Both the position numbers and the translations under genes were made by a program. Of a stretch of DNA of 16,567 bases, positions 1 through 8,001 are shown piece after piece; within the stretch, counting starts at the first letter, position 1, and each line of letters begins with the position of its first letter. The stretch is taken from the NCBI GenBank assembly GCA_021031555.1, contig GCA_021031555.1_4954.2; one strand, given 5' to 3'. Origin of the DNA: a phage. Under the pieces are notes generated by a model that searched no databases, was not told the origin of the DNA, and saw only the letters and a list, made by a program, of their open reading frames with translations.

Positions 1-39
1 AAGAAGAAGTAGTATAGAAAGATAGAGATAGTGCATATA

Positions 40-55
40 GTGTATTAGCTGTAAA
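40..55. repeat. 16-bp repeat GTGYAYTARCTGTAMA, copy 1 (gtgtattagctgtaaa)
   Basis: Direct match to copies at 176..191 and 16470..16485; lies in AT-rich non-coding leader upstream of terS. Confidence 0.6.
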
Positions 56-175
56 TAGAGCTAAAATAAAAGTCTGGGAGATACCTATTGTAATCTATGT
101 TTTTATGCAAGTCTTTGAAATGATTGTGATTATGGGTTACGTATTTATGTATGTGATCGAAAATTAGTACATGTT

Positions 176-191
176 GTGCACTAACTGTAAA
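176..191. repeat. 16-bp repeat GTGYAYTARCTGTAMA, copy 2 (gtgcactaactgtaaa)
   Basis: Same motif as 40..55; about 85-100 bp upstream of the terS start candidates at 273/288. Confidence 0.6.
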
Positions 192-206
192 CTTAATACT
201 AACCTT

Positions 207-220
207 GCATTAGCTGTAAA
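207..220. repeat. Partial copy of the same repeat (gcattagctgtaaa)
   Basis: Shares the TARCTGTAAA half with copies 1 and 2 but lacks the GTG prefix. Confidence 0.45.
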
Positions 221-287
221 ACAGGGCGTGTGGACAACCAGTGGGTATCTGTGGGAAACTAATTTAAAATTTATGGGAGACAAATTT

Positions 288-923
288 ATGAAAATTTCAG
301 ACCGGGCTAAAAGGGCTGCTCTGGAGTTGTCGCCGGAACAGCTCAAATTCGCCAACCTGTGGTTAGATCGTGTCAATAACGGTTACAGCAATACGCGATG
401 CGTTTTAGAGGCTTATCCGGGTCACACGTCTGATGCAGCGGCTGCAACGACCGCACACCGCCTCCTGTCGAATACAAAGGTGTTGAACTATCTGGACGCG
501 ATGGGGAGTCATGCGCTTGAGTCTGTCGGGGAATCGTTAACGAGTCGTGTCGAGTGGTGGAAGCGCGCGGCAAGCACGGCTGAAGAGTTACTGGAACCGT
601 ATTGCCAGCGTGTCATCGTTCCTGGTGAAGACGACACGGAAGCGAAACACCTGTGGGTGAACAGTACCGACGATATCCCAAGCCATCTGCAACAGTACGT
701 AGTTTGCTACAAACGTTACATGCTGGGCGGATACATTCTGGTGACGCGTGAACTGTTCGACCCGAAAACTCGTGCAAAAGCGTCTGAACAACTGGATAAG
801 ATCACCGGGAACAGTATCGACCGTGTGGAACTGTCTGGTGTGGTTGGTAACGTGGTTCAGAGTGTTCCTGAAGGTGCAACTATCGACGACATCGCGCAAC
901 TGTATCAGAAGGCACTTAAATAG
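288..923 (+). CDS. terS: Terminase small subunit (Terminase_2-like N-terminal HTH)
   Basis: ORF 171..923 trimmed to the ATG at 288, which has GGGAGA 7 nt upstream; the 171..272 extension overlaps the repeat region. N-terminus LSPEQLKFANLWL..NGYSNTRCVLEAYPG..AAATTAHRLLSNTKVLNYLDAM fits the small-terminase DNA-binding pattern (LTPKQ..F...YL..N...AA..AGYS....A...SRLL.N..V). Upstream of terL. Confidence 0.7.
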   Translation: MKISDRAKRAALELSPEQLKFANLWLDRVNNGYSNTRCVLEAYPGHTSDAAAATTAHRLLSNTKVLNYLDAMGSHALESVGESLTSRVEWWKRAASTAEELLEPYCQRVIVPGEDDTEAKHLWVNSTDDIPSHLQQYVVCYKRYMLGGYILVTRELFDPKTRAKASEQLDKITGNSIDRVELSGVVGNVVQSVPEGATIDDIAQLYQKALK

Positions 924-930
924 GCGGTTG

Positions 931-968
931 TTCCGGTTTAAATCGTGCCGGAAACCGTTTGCTTTTTC
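931..968 (+). terminator. Putative intrinsic terminator after terS (weak)
   Basis: Hairpin TTCCGG-tttaaatcgtg-CCGGAA followed within 8 nt by the T-rich tract gctttttcg. Confidence 0.3.
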
Positions 969-1019
969 GATAAACAGGGTTAGGTGGTGTTAGGGTGCCG
1001 GATGACATAAGAAAGCCCC

Positions 1020-1220
1020 TTACGAGGCAATCAGCGAGTTTCCAGTAATCAGGTTGAAATTCATGACTCGGTCGTAACACTCTATGTTAACCTTTGCCAT
1101 TACTGTTTCTGAAAGTGAACGATAAACTTTTTCTCTATCGTCAATATTAATGCGCTCCGCTTTTAACAGAGCGCAAATTGCTTCAAATCTTAAAACATCG
1201 CGGCTAAAGTTTTCACACAT
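1020..1220 (-). CDS. Hypothetical protein (66 aa); may be the C-terminal part of a frameshifted gene
   Basis: ORF track. Frame is open upstream to 1250 and overlaps the 3' end of ORF 1190..1402. Confidence 0.4.
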   Translation of the reverse strand: MCENFSRDVLRFEAICALLKAERINIDDREKVYRSLSETVMAKVNIECYDRVMNFNLITGNSLIAS

Positions 1221-1402
1221 GCTCTTAATTTCTCCAGAGTGCTTAAACCATCAGTTTTTGTCTGATTCATGATTTCCAGACGGTCAGCGGGTGTTAAGTA
1301 ACCATTCCAGATATCGTTAGCAATTTCGAGTTTCCCAGCAACATAACCAAATTCAGCGTTTTCTTTTACGATTTTTTCAGCAGTTTCGATTACATTAATC
1401 AT
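1190..1402 (-). CDS. Hypothetical protein (70 aa)
   Basis: ORF 1190..1417 trimmed to the ATG at 1402, preceded by GAGGAACAGGAAA; promoter element 1438..1479 lies directly upstream. Confidence 0.55.
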   Translation of the reverse strand: MINVIETAEKIVKENAEFGYVAGKLEIANDIWNGYLTPADRLEIMNQTKTDGLSTLEKLRACVKTLAAMF

Positions 1403-1437
1403 TTTCCTGTTCCTCACAATTCGTTGTCTATGTGAGT

Positions 1438-1479
1438 AATTTACACGGTCTTGTGTAATCCGTCAAGAATTATTTTAAA
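1438..1479 (-). promoter_or_regulatory. Conserved promoter element copy 1 (minus strand: UP-like AT tract, -35 TTGACG, 17-bp spacer, -10 TAAATT)
   Basis: Minus-strand reading TTTAAAATAATTCTTGACG-GATTACACAAGACCGTG-TAAATT; RBS and ATG (1402) about 30 nt downstream. Confidence 0.6.
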
Positions 1480-1502
1480 TAAAACCCCGGTTAGTTCCGG
1501 GG
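1471..1502 (-). terminator. Putative minus-strand intrinsic terminator abutting promoter copy 1
   Basis: Hairpin CCCCGG-ttagtt-CCGGGG (1485..1502) followed on the minus strand by UUUUAUUUAAAAUA; sits just after the stop of ORF 1512..1847. Confidence 0.45.
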
Positions 1503-1511
1503 TAATGTTCG

Positions 1512-1847
1512 TTATTCGCCCAACGCTTCTTTCAGTAACCGATACGTTTCAGGACATTTACCGGATCCGCGTTCATGTTCATAAGCTGCACTAATAACAT
1601 CCCAGTTTTCGATCACACCTTTAAACGCCGGACACTTTTCAGCAATCAATGGAAAACTGTTTCTGATTTCCGGTACAGCTTCAACCAGGAACCAGCAACG
1701 GCGAAAATCGGAAACGTCCCGTGGTGCACGAAATCCCCATTCGCCACCCATTTCATTACCCGTGTGAATGCAGACCATCGTTTTAGAGCTTAGTCCGGTT
1801 TCACCAGAGCATAACCACTGAATAATACGTTCCTGTTCTGTTTTCAT
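1512..1847 (-). CDS. Hypothetical protein (111 aa)
   Basis: ORF track; GGAGG RBS; start overlaps the stop of the upstream gene (ATGA). Confidence 0.6.
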   Translation of the reverse strand: MKTEQERIIQWLCSGETGLSSKTMVCIHTGNEMGGEWGFRAPRDVSDFRRCWFLVEAVPEIRNSFPLIAEKCPAFKGVIENWDVISAAYEHERGSGKCPETYRLLKEALGE

Positions 1848-2101
1848 TTGTTTCTAGCCTCCATCATTGCATCAGCCAGGATATAAGCACGGGTTGCGTA
1901 TAGTTCTTCATCCGTTTCATCGGGAAATTGTCCACTTAACATTCCCTGTAAAGCAGCAATTGCAAACTGGTCACGAACGGTTAGCGTTTTCTGGTTGATT
2001 TCTTCCAGGGTTTCCGCTGTCTGGAAATGTGACAGGGAATTTTGACCCTCAATTGATTTATAACCTGTATTGTGGTTACGTTCGGCATCGCTACGTGTCA
2101 T
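1844..2101 (-). CDS. Hypothetical protein (85 aa)
   Basis: ORF track; start overlaps the rdgC stop. Confidence 0.6.
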   Translation of the reverse strand: MTRSDAERNHNTGYKSIEGQNSLSHFQTAETLEEINQKTLTVRDQFAIAALQGMLSGQFPDETDEELYATRAYILADAMMEARNK

Positions 2102-3012
2102 CGTTTCGCTTCCCCACCCAAAGCAGTGATAAGTTGTTTGATCAGCGATGCAAGTTCACCTGTCATTAGTACAAAATCAGCGTCGAATCGTGCCAGACTG
2201 TCTTCAAGGTCAATATCGTCGTTCTGGTCGAGCAACTCATCGCAGAATTTCACACGGTTTAACGTCATGCCGTCAGTTAGCGTAAACGTTACCCGCTGCT
2301 GCCAGTCCAGAGCCAGTTTTGTAACGACTTTTCCGGCTTCGATGTGCGTTGCGATTTCATCACTGGTTAAATCCTGTTTTTTAACGCGTGCAACACCGCC
2401 ATCAGTCAGGATCGCTTTCAGTTCAGCAGAATCACCCATTGTGAAACCTGCTGGCGCGTTTCCTGAACGTACCCACTCCGTTGTTGTCAGTTCAACAGGG
2501 TTTTCAGTTGTCAGTGGGACTACAGGCAGACTACCCAGGGATTTACGCAACAGTGCTAACGCATCTTCAGCTCGTTTAGCACTGGACGCATCAACCACGA
2601 CCAACCCGTTAGTGATATCAATCCACAACTGTGTACGACTGTTTTTAACGAATGCGCGTGGTAACAGGCTGTGCAATACTTCATCTTTCAGGCTGTCTTT
2701 CTCTGTTTTCTTCAGTTTACGCGCCTGTTCCGCTTCCAGTTTGGCGATTCGCGCGTTCAGATGCTGTTTAATGACCGGACCAGGAATAATCTTTTCCTGT
2801 TTCTGGATGGTCAGCAGATATTGCCCGTTAGCCTGGTGAACCAGCGTATGATGTTGTTCAGTTGCCGGAATCCATCCAGTACGCGCCATATCCTGTGAAC
2901 CACATGGGGTAAACCGGAAAGGTAGCAACTGTTGTTCGATGGTTGCCAGTTGTGCCATCAGCGACATAGGATTACTGATGCGGTAGATAATTGCATTTTT
3001 GAAGAAGTTCAT
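2098..3012 (-). CDS. rdgC: Recombination-associated protein RdgC family
   Basis: 304 aa, the length of bacterial RdgC; N-terminal [26 protein letters not shown] and the internal [30 protein letters not shown] block match RdgC as I recall it. AGGTG RBS. Confidence 0.85.
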   Translation of the reverse strand: MNFFKNAIIYRISNPMSLMAQLATIEQQLLPFRFTPCGSQDMARTGWIPATEQHHTLVHQANGQYLLTIQKQEKIIPGPVIKQHLNARIAKLEAEQARKLKKTEKDSLKDEVLHSLLPRAFVKNSRTQLWIDITNGLVVVDASSAKRAEDALALLRKSLGSLPVVPLTTENPVELTTTEWVRSGNAPAGFTMGDSAELKAILTDGGVARVKKQDLTSDEIATHIEAGKVVTKLALDWQQRVTFTLTDGMTLNRVKFCDELLDQNDDIDLEDSLARFDADFVLMTGELASLIKQLITALGGEAKR

Positions 3013-3036
3013 GTTTACACCTGTTTAAAGTTGTGA

Positions 3037-3071
3037 TTCAGATAGTCAACCAAAACGATTGACTATCTGAA
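3037..3071. promoter_or_regulatory. Perfect 13-bp inverted repeat TTCAGATAGTCAA-N9-TTGACTATCTGAA
   Basis: Seen directly in the sequence between ORF 3088..3510 and the rdgC start; no U-tract on either side, so operator or RNA-processing hairpin rather than a classic terminator. Confidence 0.45.
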
Positions 3072-3087
3072 AAGTAAACCAATCTGG

Positions 3088-3510
3088 TTAGGCATCACGT
3101 TCAACCGTAATCCCATCAAAGTTCAGTTTTTCACCGATTTTCATTTCTGAAATTTTATCAAATTGATCATCTGTCCAATCTGTCATGTGATATACACCAA
3201 CTAACGACAAACCTTTGTCCTCTGCTGAAATATAACCAGCACTTTCATCACGGGTCGTATAGCGTTTCATAATCTTTTCCTGTTCGTTAAAAGTAGCGAC
3301 AATACGCGGTAAATGGTTTTGAATTTCCAGTGACCAAACACCACGCACTTTGGTTAATTTCCACGTTACACCGTCTTTTTCGTCGTCCGGGATAAATACA
3401 CCGTCGTCTTTATAGATAGCGTTGTACGTCTCACCTACCGTGAACCACGGGCAAGCTTTATGCACCGTTAAACAGGTGAATCCAGTCGGTAAAGTTTTCA
3501 CGATAGCCAA
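3088..3510 (-). CDS. Hypothetical protein (140 aa)
   Basis: ORF track. Confidence 0.6.
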   Translation of the reverse strand: MAIVKTLPTGFTCLTVHKACPWFTVGETYNAIYKDDGVFIPDDEKDGVTWKLTKVRGVWSLEIQNHLPRIVATFNEQEKIMKRYTTRDESAGYISAEDKGLSLVGVYHMTDWTDDQFDKISEMKIGEKLNFDGITVERDA

Positions 3511-3647
3511 TACCTCACTAATTCATTTGTCAGGTCTATAAGAGTCATCAAAAAGCTAATGACAAATATTAAACCGCCGATACCAACTACCCACGGTAAA
3601 ACAGCGATAACCCATGATGGTAGTTTTGAAATCAGCCAGAAAATCAT
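3498..3647 (-). CDS. Small hydrophobic membrane protein (49 aa, MIFWLISKLPSWVIAVLPWVVGIGGLIFVISF...)
   Basis: Hand translation; RBS AAGGAACAGGAA before the ATG; below the ORF-track size cutoff. Confidence 0.35.
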   Translation of the reverse strand: MIFWLISKLPSWVIAVLPWVVGIGGLIFVISFLMTLIDLTNELVRYWLS

Positions 3648-3784
3648 TTCCTGTTCCTTCTTTTCTTCGCCTCGCGTTTGGCTTTTGCAATACCTGTTTT
3701 ACGATGTGGTTGTTTACGGTCAGTAATAAGTCGTTGTGGTGGAATACCCCACAACGTGTTAGTGGAACCTAATAATTTAATCAT
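3644..3784 (-). CDS. Small basic protein (46 aa, lysine/arginine-rich C-terminus)
   Basis: Hand translation; stop overlaps the next ATG; no clear RBS. Confidence 0.25.
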   Translation of the reverse strand: MIKLLGSTNTLWGIPPQRLITDRKQPHRKTGIAKAKREAKKRRNRK

Positions 3785-3795
3785 GTAATCTAAGA

Positions 3796-4062
3796 TCATA
3801 CGTTCACCACTTTTAAATCAGGTGTCAGGCTACGATGGTCGTGATGACCGTTCATAGTAAATGAGAAAGTGTAATCGCACTGCTCACCGTCGAATGTGAA
3901 GGGGATTTGAAACCCTGTATCGTCAGTGATGCGAACTTTAACCGGGTATTCAGTTTGCGGATCGACCGCTACAACAGTGCCGAATGGTTTAGATTTGCGA
4001 CGTGCGAGAATTTCTAACAGTCGTGGACTGGTGATTTCTACGTGTTGACCAGTTTTAAACAT
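3796..4062 (-). CDS. Hypothetical protein (88 aa)
   Basis: ORF 3796..4089 trimmed to the ATG at 4062 with GGAG 8 nt upstream; the ATG at 4089 falls inside the promoter. Confidence 0.55.
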   Translation of the reverse strand: MFKTGQHVEITSPRLLEILARRKSKPFGTVVAVDPQTEYPVKVRITDDTGFQIPFTFDGEQCDYTFSFTMNGHHDHRSLTPDLKVVNV

Positions 4063-4094
4063 GGTGATAACTCCAGTTGTTTTACACAAACTGA

Positions 4095-4136
4095 AGTCTA
4101 TCTAATAATGTGTAAACCGTCAAGAATTATTTTAAA
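4095..4136 (-). promoter_or_regulatory. Conserved promoter element copy 2 (-35 TTGACG, -10 TAGACT)
   Basis: Minus-strand TTTAAAATAATTCTTGACG-GTTTACACATTATTAGA-TAGACT; overlaps the 3' end of ORF 4098..4313. Confidence 0.55.
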
Positions 4137-4313
4137 TTGTCCGTCACTGTCTGCAGCGTAACAAATACCGTGACTGTAGATTGTCGCAGTTCGTGTAATG
4201 CGTTGATAGTCTGAGCATTGGTTACGAATACGCAGGTCGTAACCGGACTGTATGATAAGCCAGGTTGCAATGATGGCGAGTAATTTTAAAACGTATCTGA
4301 ACATGTTCCACAC
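4098..4313 (-). CDS. Small signal-anchored or secreted protein (71 aa)
   Basis: ORF track; hydrophobic N-terminus MFRYVLKLLAIIATWLII then a polar region with two Cys; AGGAG RBS. Confidence 0.5.
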   Translation of the reverse strand: MWNMFRYVLKLLAIIATWLIIQSGYDLRIRNQCSDYQRITRTATIYSHGICYAADSDGQFKIILDGLHIIR

Positions 4314-4430
4314 TCCTGTTTGATAGTTTCAGGGTAGTGTGGAACTGGCGAAGATGGTATAGGATTTACGATAATTTAACAGGGGTTTCGACTGGTAAGT
4401 TGTTTATGACTGACTTTTCACCTTTCCCAA

Positions 4431-4526
4431 CTAAGTTCGCATTGCCAGTGCAACAATCAACACCATTAACATTACTCCAACTACCACACCGACTACAAAT
4501 GCACTAACTAAACCAATCAAACTCAT
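4431..4526 (-). CDS. Small hydrophobic peptide (31 aa, MSLIGLVSAFVVGVVVGVMLMVLIVALAMRT)
   Basis: Hand translation; GGAGA RBS 7 nt upstream; ATG overlaps the stop of the upstream ORF. Confidence 0.35.
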   Translation of the reverse strand: MSLIGLVSAFVVGVVVGVMLMVLIVALAMRT

Positions 4527-4810
4527 TTCAATGTCTCCACATGTAACTGCCAGTTTTTAGTAGCATCCTTGCGACGTTTAATCTTTCTACCTAATCCGTG
4601 AGTACCCATTTTTAAAATCGCATGGTTATTTTGTACATCAACCACTTTGTAGAAATAACCACGAGGTGACAACCAAGTCTAACCTACTTCAAAATGTTTA
4701 TCCACTTTTTCAACCCTCCACCCATATTTGGCACGATTCATAGCAGTCCGTTCATCATTCGTTGTGAACAGTACACGCCCGGATTTATGACAAATGTTCC
4801 AAGTCGTCAT
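4523..4810 (-). pseudogene. ORF interrupted by a single in-frame amber codon (TAG at 4679..4681): 43 codons, TAG, 51 codons
   Basis: Hand translation MTTWNICHKSGRVLFTTNDERTAMNRAKYGWRVEKVDKHFEVG*TWLSPRGYFYKVVDVQNNHAILKMGTHGLGRKIKRRKDATKNWQLHVETLK. This falls in an approximately 550-bp stretch (4314..4861) with no ORF of 60 aa or more in the track. Confidence 0.3.
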
Positions 4811-4861
4811 TTTGCTAATACACCATTAATGAAAATTAGCATGTAGAATAAACATTACGGG

Positions 4862-5020
4862 TCATAATTCATAAACCTTAAAACTACTGCCTGAATAGCG
4901 ATGTTTACCACACAACTTACAACGGTGTTCCTGAGTGGCATAGTTACGTTCATCCCCGTGGATAGTACGATATAAATACCATTCGTGTTTGCAGAATAAT
5001 CGTTTGAAAAATATCTTCAT
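4862..5020 (-). CDS. Small Cys/His-rich protein (52 aa, FCKHEW...HRCKLCGKH)
   Basis: Hand translation; ATG overlaps the stop of gene 5020..5214 (TGATG). Confidence 0.35.
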   Translation of the reverse strand: MKIFFKRLFCKHEWYLYRTIHGDERNYATQEHRCKLCGKHRYSGSSFKVYEL

Positions 5021-5214
5021 CAATAACCCCTCCTCGACTGGTAATCAATTTTCTTCAGTGATTGTTGCACAATCTGCCAGGACGATAACATGAATAATTG
5101 CGCATACTGCCCCAGCGCTAAATTTCGTGGTTTATCCTGATAGGCGTAAATGGTCGCAACGTCATCAGCTTCCAGACGGATCCGCCACGGTGTCAGAGTT
5201 GGTTTATCACCCAT
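5020..5214 (-). CDS. Hypothetical protein (64 aa)
   Basis: ORF 5020..5250 begins at a TTG with no RBS; the internal ATG at 5214 has GGAGA about 10 nt upstream. Confidence 0.5.
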   Translation of the reverse strand: MGDKPTLTPWRIRLEADDVATIYAYQDKPRNLALGQYAQLFMLSSWQIVQQSLKKIDYQSRRGY

Positions 5215-5428
5215 GTTCGATGCTCTCCAGTAGTTCACGAATGTTTTCAATTACACATTGTTTTGTCTGAGTAGTGACACACACCCCATCAGTGCGACCA
5301 AACGTATTCAGGACTGTTTGAAGCATATAAGTCGTAAGTTCAGTATTATAAAGTTTTACGAATATTGAAAGGTCACCACCAATTTCAACAGTGTCTACAT
5401 TATCTTCAAAATATGAAAATGTAGTGTC

Positions 5429-5539
5429 TTAAAAATGAACACAGTAAACGGCATTTTGCCCGTATTCAGGTTGTGCATTACGTTCAAGACGAACGGCAAG
5501 AACTTCTTTAAATAATTCGTTGTGGTCTTTAATTTTCAT
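5429..5539 (-). CDS. Small protein (36 aa, MKIKDHNELFKEVLAVRLERNAQPEYGQNAVYCVHF)
   Basis: Hand translation; AGGAG RBS; first ORF downstream of promoter copy 3. Confidence 0.4.
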   Translation of the reverse strand: MKIKDHNELFKEVLAVRLERNAQPEYGQNAVYCVHF

Positions 5540-5571
5540 ACCCGTGTTACTCCTGTTCAATTGATGATCAG

Positions 5572-5613
5572 AGTCTGACACCACCTCTGTAATCTGTCAA
5601 GAATTATTTTAAA
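5572..5613 (-). promoter_or_regulatory. Conserved promoter element copy 3 (-35 TTGACA, -10 CAGACT; weakest -10 of the set)
   Basis: Minus-strand TTTAAAATAATTCTTGACA-GATTACAGAGGTGGTGT-CAGACT, in the divergent region between the minus cassette and terL. Confidence 0.5.
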
Positions 5614-5676
5614 TCTCTGTCACCACCAATCACCCATGGTAAACTGTACAGAACAGTTACAAACGGACCGATAATC

Positions 5677-7440
5677 ATGAATAAGTTTACTGGAAATATT
5701 CATAATTACCCGCGCTGGCGTGATGCCTACGCAAATGACGAACGTATCTGGCGAAAAGGTCAGCCACGACCAGATTACAAACAGTGTTACATTGACCGTA
5801 TTAACCTGTTAAATCGTATGCGCACGGATCGGGCAATTGTCCCGGTACTGAAAAAGTATTACGAAACAAACCCGGTAGCGTTTATCCTCGACTGGGCGTT
5901 TACTTATGACCCACGTAACGTTGGTACTGAATATCCGCCAAACATGCCTTTCTGCCTTTTCGAACGTCAAATCGACATGGTTCAGTTTGTTTACGAAGCG
6001 CTTGAAGACAAAGAAAAAGGGCTTTGGGAAAAATCGCGAGACTATGGTGCGACCTGGGTAGCCTGTGGTTTGTCCGTGTGGGCGTGGCTGTATCGTCCTG
6101 GTTCGTCAGTCGGCTGGGGTTCACGTAAAGAACAGCTTGTCGATAAACTGGGCGACCCTGATAGTATTTTTGAAAAGATTCGCCAGATTATCCGTGCATT
6201 ACCGCCGGAATTACGCCCTGTTGGTCTGCGTGAAAAAGACCATCTGGTTTATATGAAATGTATCAACCCAGAAAACGGTGCAACAATTACTGGTGAAGCT
6301 GGCGATAACATCGGTCGTGGTGGTCGTAAATCTGTTTACTTTCTCGATGAGGCAGCACACGTAGATCGTCCTGAACTGATTGAAGCGTCGTTGTCAGCTA
6401 ACACCAACGTCCGTATTGACATCAGTTCAGTCAATGGCGTTGGTAACGTTTTTTATCGTAACCGTAAAGCGGGTCTGGAATGGGAACCGGGTAAGAAATT
6501 ACCTCGTGGTAAATTGCGTGTTATGGTTCTGGACTGGCGTGATCACCCGGCTAAAGATGACGAATGGTATAAACGTGAAAAACAATCGTTCGCCGAAAAA
6601 GGTTTACAGCATATTTTCGCACAGGAAGTTGACCGCGATTATGCCGCTGCTGTTCAGGGTGTACTGATTAAAGCTGAATGGGTACGCGCTGCTTTTGACG
6701 CGTTCCGTGACACAGAATGGCGCAAAGCTAATGGACTACTTACACCAACAGGTCAGCGTATCGCCGGACAGGATGCCGCAGACGGTGGTGAAGACGCAAG
6801 CGCACTGGTAATTGCTCACGGTGTATTCCTGACACATCTGCAACTTGACCACAGGGGCGCTGAACTGGCTGCACCAGGGATGTTGACGATGGCTAATATG
6901 CTGGGTGTTGATGAATACTGGTACGAAGTTAACGGTGTTGGTACAGGCGTTAAAGTAGCGGCAAATGACCGGAAAGATACTCTACGCTTCCGTGTGCGTC
7001 CGTGGTTACCGAACGGAAAAGTGGTGGATCCTGGTGGTGATATTATCGGCGGTACGAAACCTGGCGATAAAGACCGTAAATCAAACAAAGATTATTTCTC
7101 AAATTATAAAGCACAGGCATCGTGGGCGTTACGTTTGCGTTGCCAGCGAATTTATAAATGGTATGTGGAAGGTCAACCACAGGATCCAGACGAAATTATT
7201 CTGATTGACCCGTCACTGGAAAACGCACAACGGTTAGAAGCTGAGTTAAGTCAGCCAACGTATACCAGTAACGGTGCCGGGAAGATTGCGATCGACAAGA
7301 AACCAAACGGTAGTAAGTCACCAAACTTTTTCGATGCTGCGGTTATTGCACTATCACCAAAACGTACCGAATTCGTTGAAGAACCATTTACTGGTGGTGT
7401 GAATCCTGTTGGTACTCCTGAATACGGTGACATTTTTTAA
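5677..7440 (+). CDS. terL: Terminase large subunit
   Basis: 587 aa; deviant Walker-A-like KSRDYGAT, Walker-B-like VYFLDEAAH, then an acidic C-terminal domain consistent with the terminase nuclease domain; sits between terS and the putative portal. Confidence 0.8.
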   Translation: MNKFTGNIHNYPRWRDAYANDERIWRKGQPRPDYKQCYIDRINLLNRMRTDRAIVPVLKKYYETNPVAFILDWAFTYDPRNVGTEYPPNMPFCLFERQIDMVQFVYEALEDKEKGLWEKSRDYGATWVACGLSVWAWLYRPGSSVGWGSRKEQLVDKLGDPDSIFEKIRQIIRALPPELRPVGLREKDHLVYMKCINPENGATITGEAGDNIGRGGRKSVYFLDEAAHVDRPELIEASLSANTNVRIDISSVNGVGNVFYRNRKAGLEWEPGKKLPRGKLRVMVLDWRDHPAKDDEWYKREKQSFAEKGLQHIFAQEVDRDYAAAVQGVLIKAEWVRAAFDAFRDTEWRKANGLLTPTGQRIAGQDAADGGEDASALVIAHGVFLTHLQLDHRGAELAAPGMLTMANMLGVDEYWYEVNGVGTGVKVAANDRKDTLRFRVRPWLPNGKVVDPGGDIIGGTKPGDKDRKSNKDYFSNYKAQASWALRLRCQRIYKWYVEGQPQDPDEIILIDPSLENAQRLEAELSQPTYTSNGAGKIAIDKKPNGSKSPNFFDAAVIALSPKRTEFVEEPFTGGVNPVGTPEYGDIF

Positions 7441-7447
7441 ACAGTGT

Positions 7448-7472
7448 GGCGGGATTATTCCCGCCCGTTTTC
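7448..7472 (+). terminator. Intrinsic terminator candidate
   Basis: GGCGGGA-ttat-TCCCGCC followed by CGTTTTC, 8 nt after the terL stop. Confidence 0.5.
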
Positions 7473-7540
7473 AGAGGGTTTACCAGTCCGTTCATAGTAC
7501 CATTACAGTTTTCCGCGTTCACGTTTTACTGATCGACTTC

Positions 7541-7566
7541 GCCCCGGAACTGTCCGGGGCTTTTTT
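7541..7566 (+). terminator. Intrinsic terminator
   Basis: GCCCCGGA-actg-TCCGGGGC followed by TTTTTT; preceded by an A-tract, so weak activity on the minus strand is possible. Confidence 0.7.
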
Positions 7567-7841
7567 CAACGTCTGAAAGATGAAAGAACAGCGAGGCTAA
7601 CAGAACCTAAACCGAATATGACAGCGTATGTTAGCTGATGTTGAAGTTTCACAAAACCGTAATAATCGCTTTGTAATTCTACGATGTCAAAAGCAATTGA
7701 AAAACTGGTTACCAGCAACATGATTGAAAGAACACGAATCAGAGCAACTGCTAATCCTATCACCGCTTGTTCTTTTTTCTCAGTTGTAATAACGACAACA
7801 ATCATTAACAGAAGTGAAAAAGCAATGTACATGTATTCCAT
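7566..7841 (-). CDS. Small membrane protein with three predicted TM segments (91 aa)
   Basis: ORF track; three hydrophobic stretches and a short basic C-terminus (SFRR). Confidence 0.55.
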   Translation of the reverse strand: MEYMYIAFSLLLMIVVVITTEKKEQAVIGLAVALIRVLSIMLLVTSFSIAFDIVELQSDYYGFVKLQHQLTYAVIFGLGSVSLAVLSSFRR

Positions 7842-7846
7842 AATGA

Positions 7847-7939
7847 TTAGTCCCGATAAACTTCAGCACACCCATAAACTTTATCAGGGTTGTAAACCTG
7901 TTCAGCTTGTAACGCACCCTGACACTGTTCGAACGTCAT
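7847..7939 (-). CDS. Possible small ORF (30 aa)
   Basis: Hand translation; no convincing RBS; fills the gap between two cassette genes. Confidence 0.2.
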   Translation of the reverse strand: MTFEQCQGALQAEQVYNPDKVYGCAEVYRD

Positions 7940-8001
7940 AATACGTTCTGTCACAGGTTCAATAGCCACACTATGCAGAACAAGCACCAGTACGTAACCA
8001 A

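Noticed and set aside
171-272. N-terminal extension of the terS ORF (MLCTNCKLNTNLALAVKQ...)
   Set aside because: Overlaps the non-coding repeat region and has no RBS; the ATG at 288 with a GGGAGA RBS is preferred.
2072-2839. 255-aa plus-strand ORF rich in Ser and Cys
   Set aside because: Lies entirely antisense to the well-supported rdgC gene, has no RBS and a low-complexity composition; treated as a shadow ORF.
5900-7433. Several ORFs of 60-95 aa on both strands inside terL (5900..6124, 6065..6256, 6380..6667, 6816..7088, 6965..7204, 7251..7433)
   Set aside because: All nested within or antisense to the 587-aa terL frame; typical spurious ORFs.
7541-7566. The 7541..7566 hairpin as the terminator of the minus-strand cassette
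   Set aside because: On the minus strand the stem is followed by GAAGUCGAUC with no U-tract; only the plus-strand orientation has the T6 run.
7566-7841. Calling the three-TM protein a holin
   Set aside because: Topology is compatible, but no endolysin or spanin gene is adjacent in this window; left as a membrane protein.
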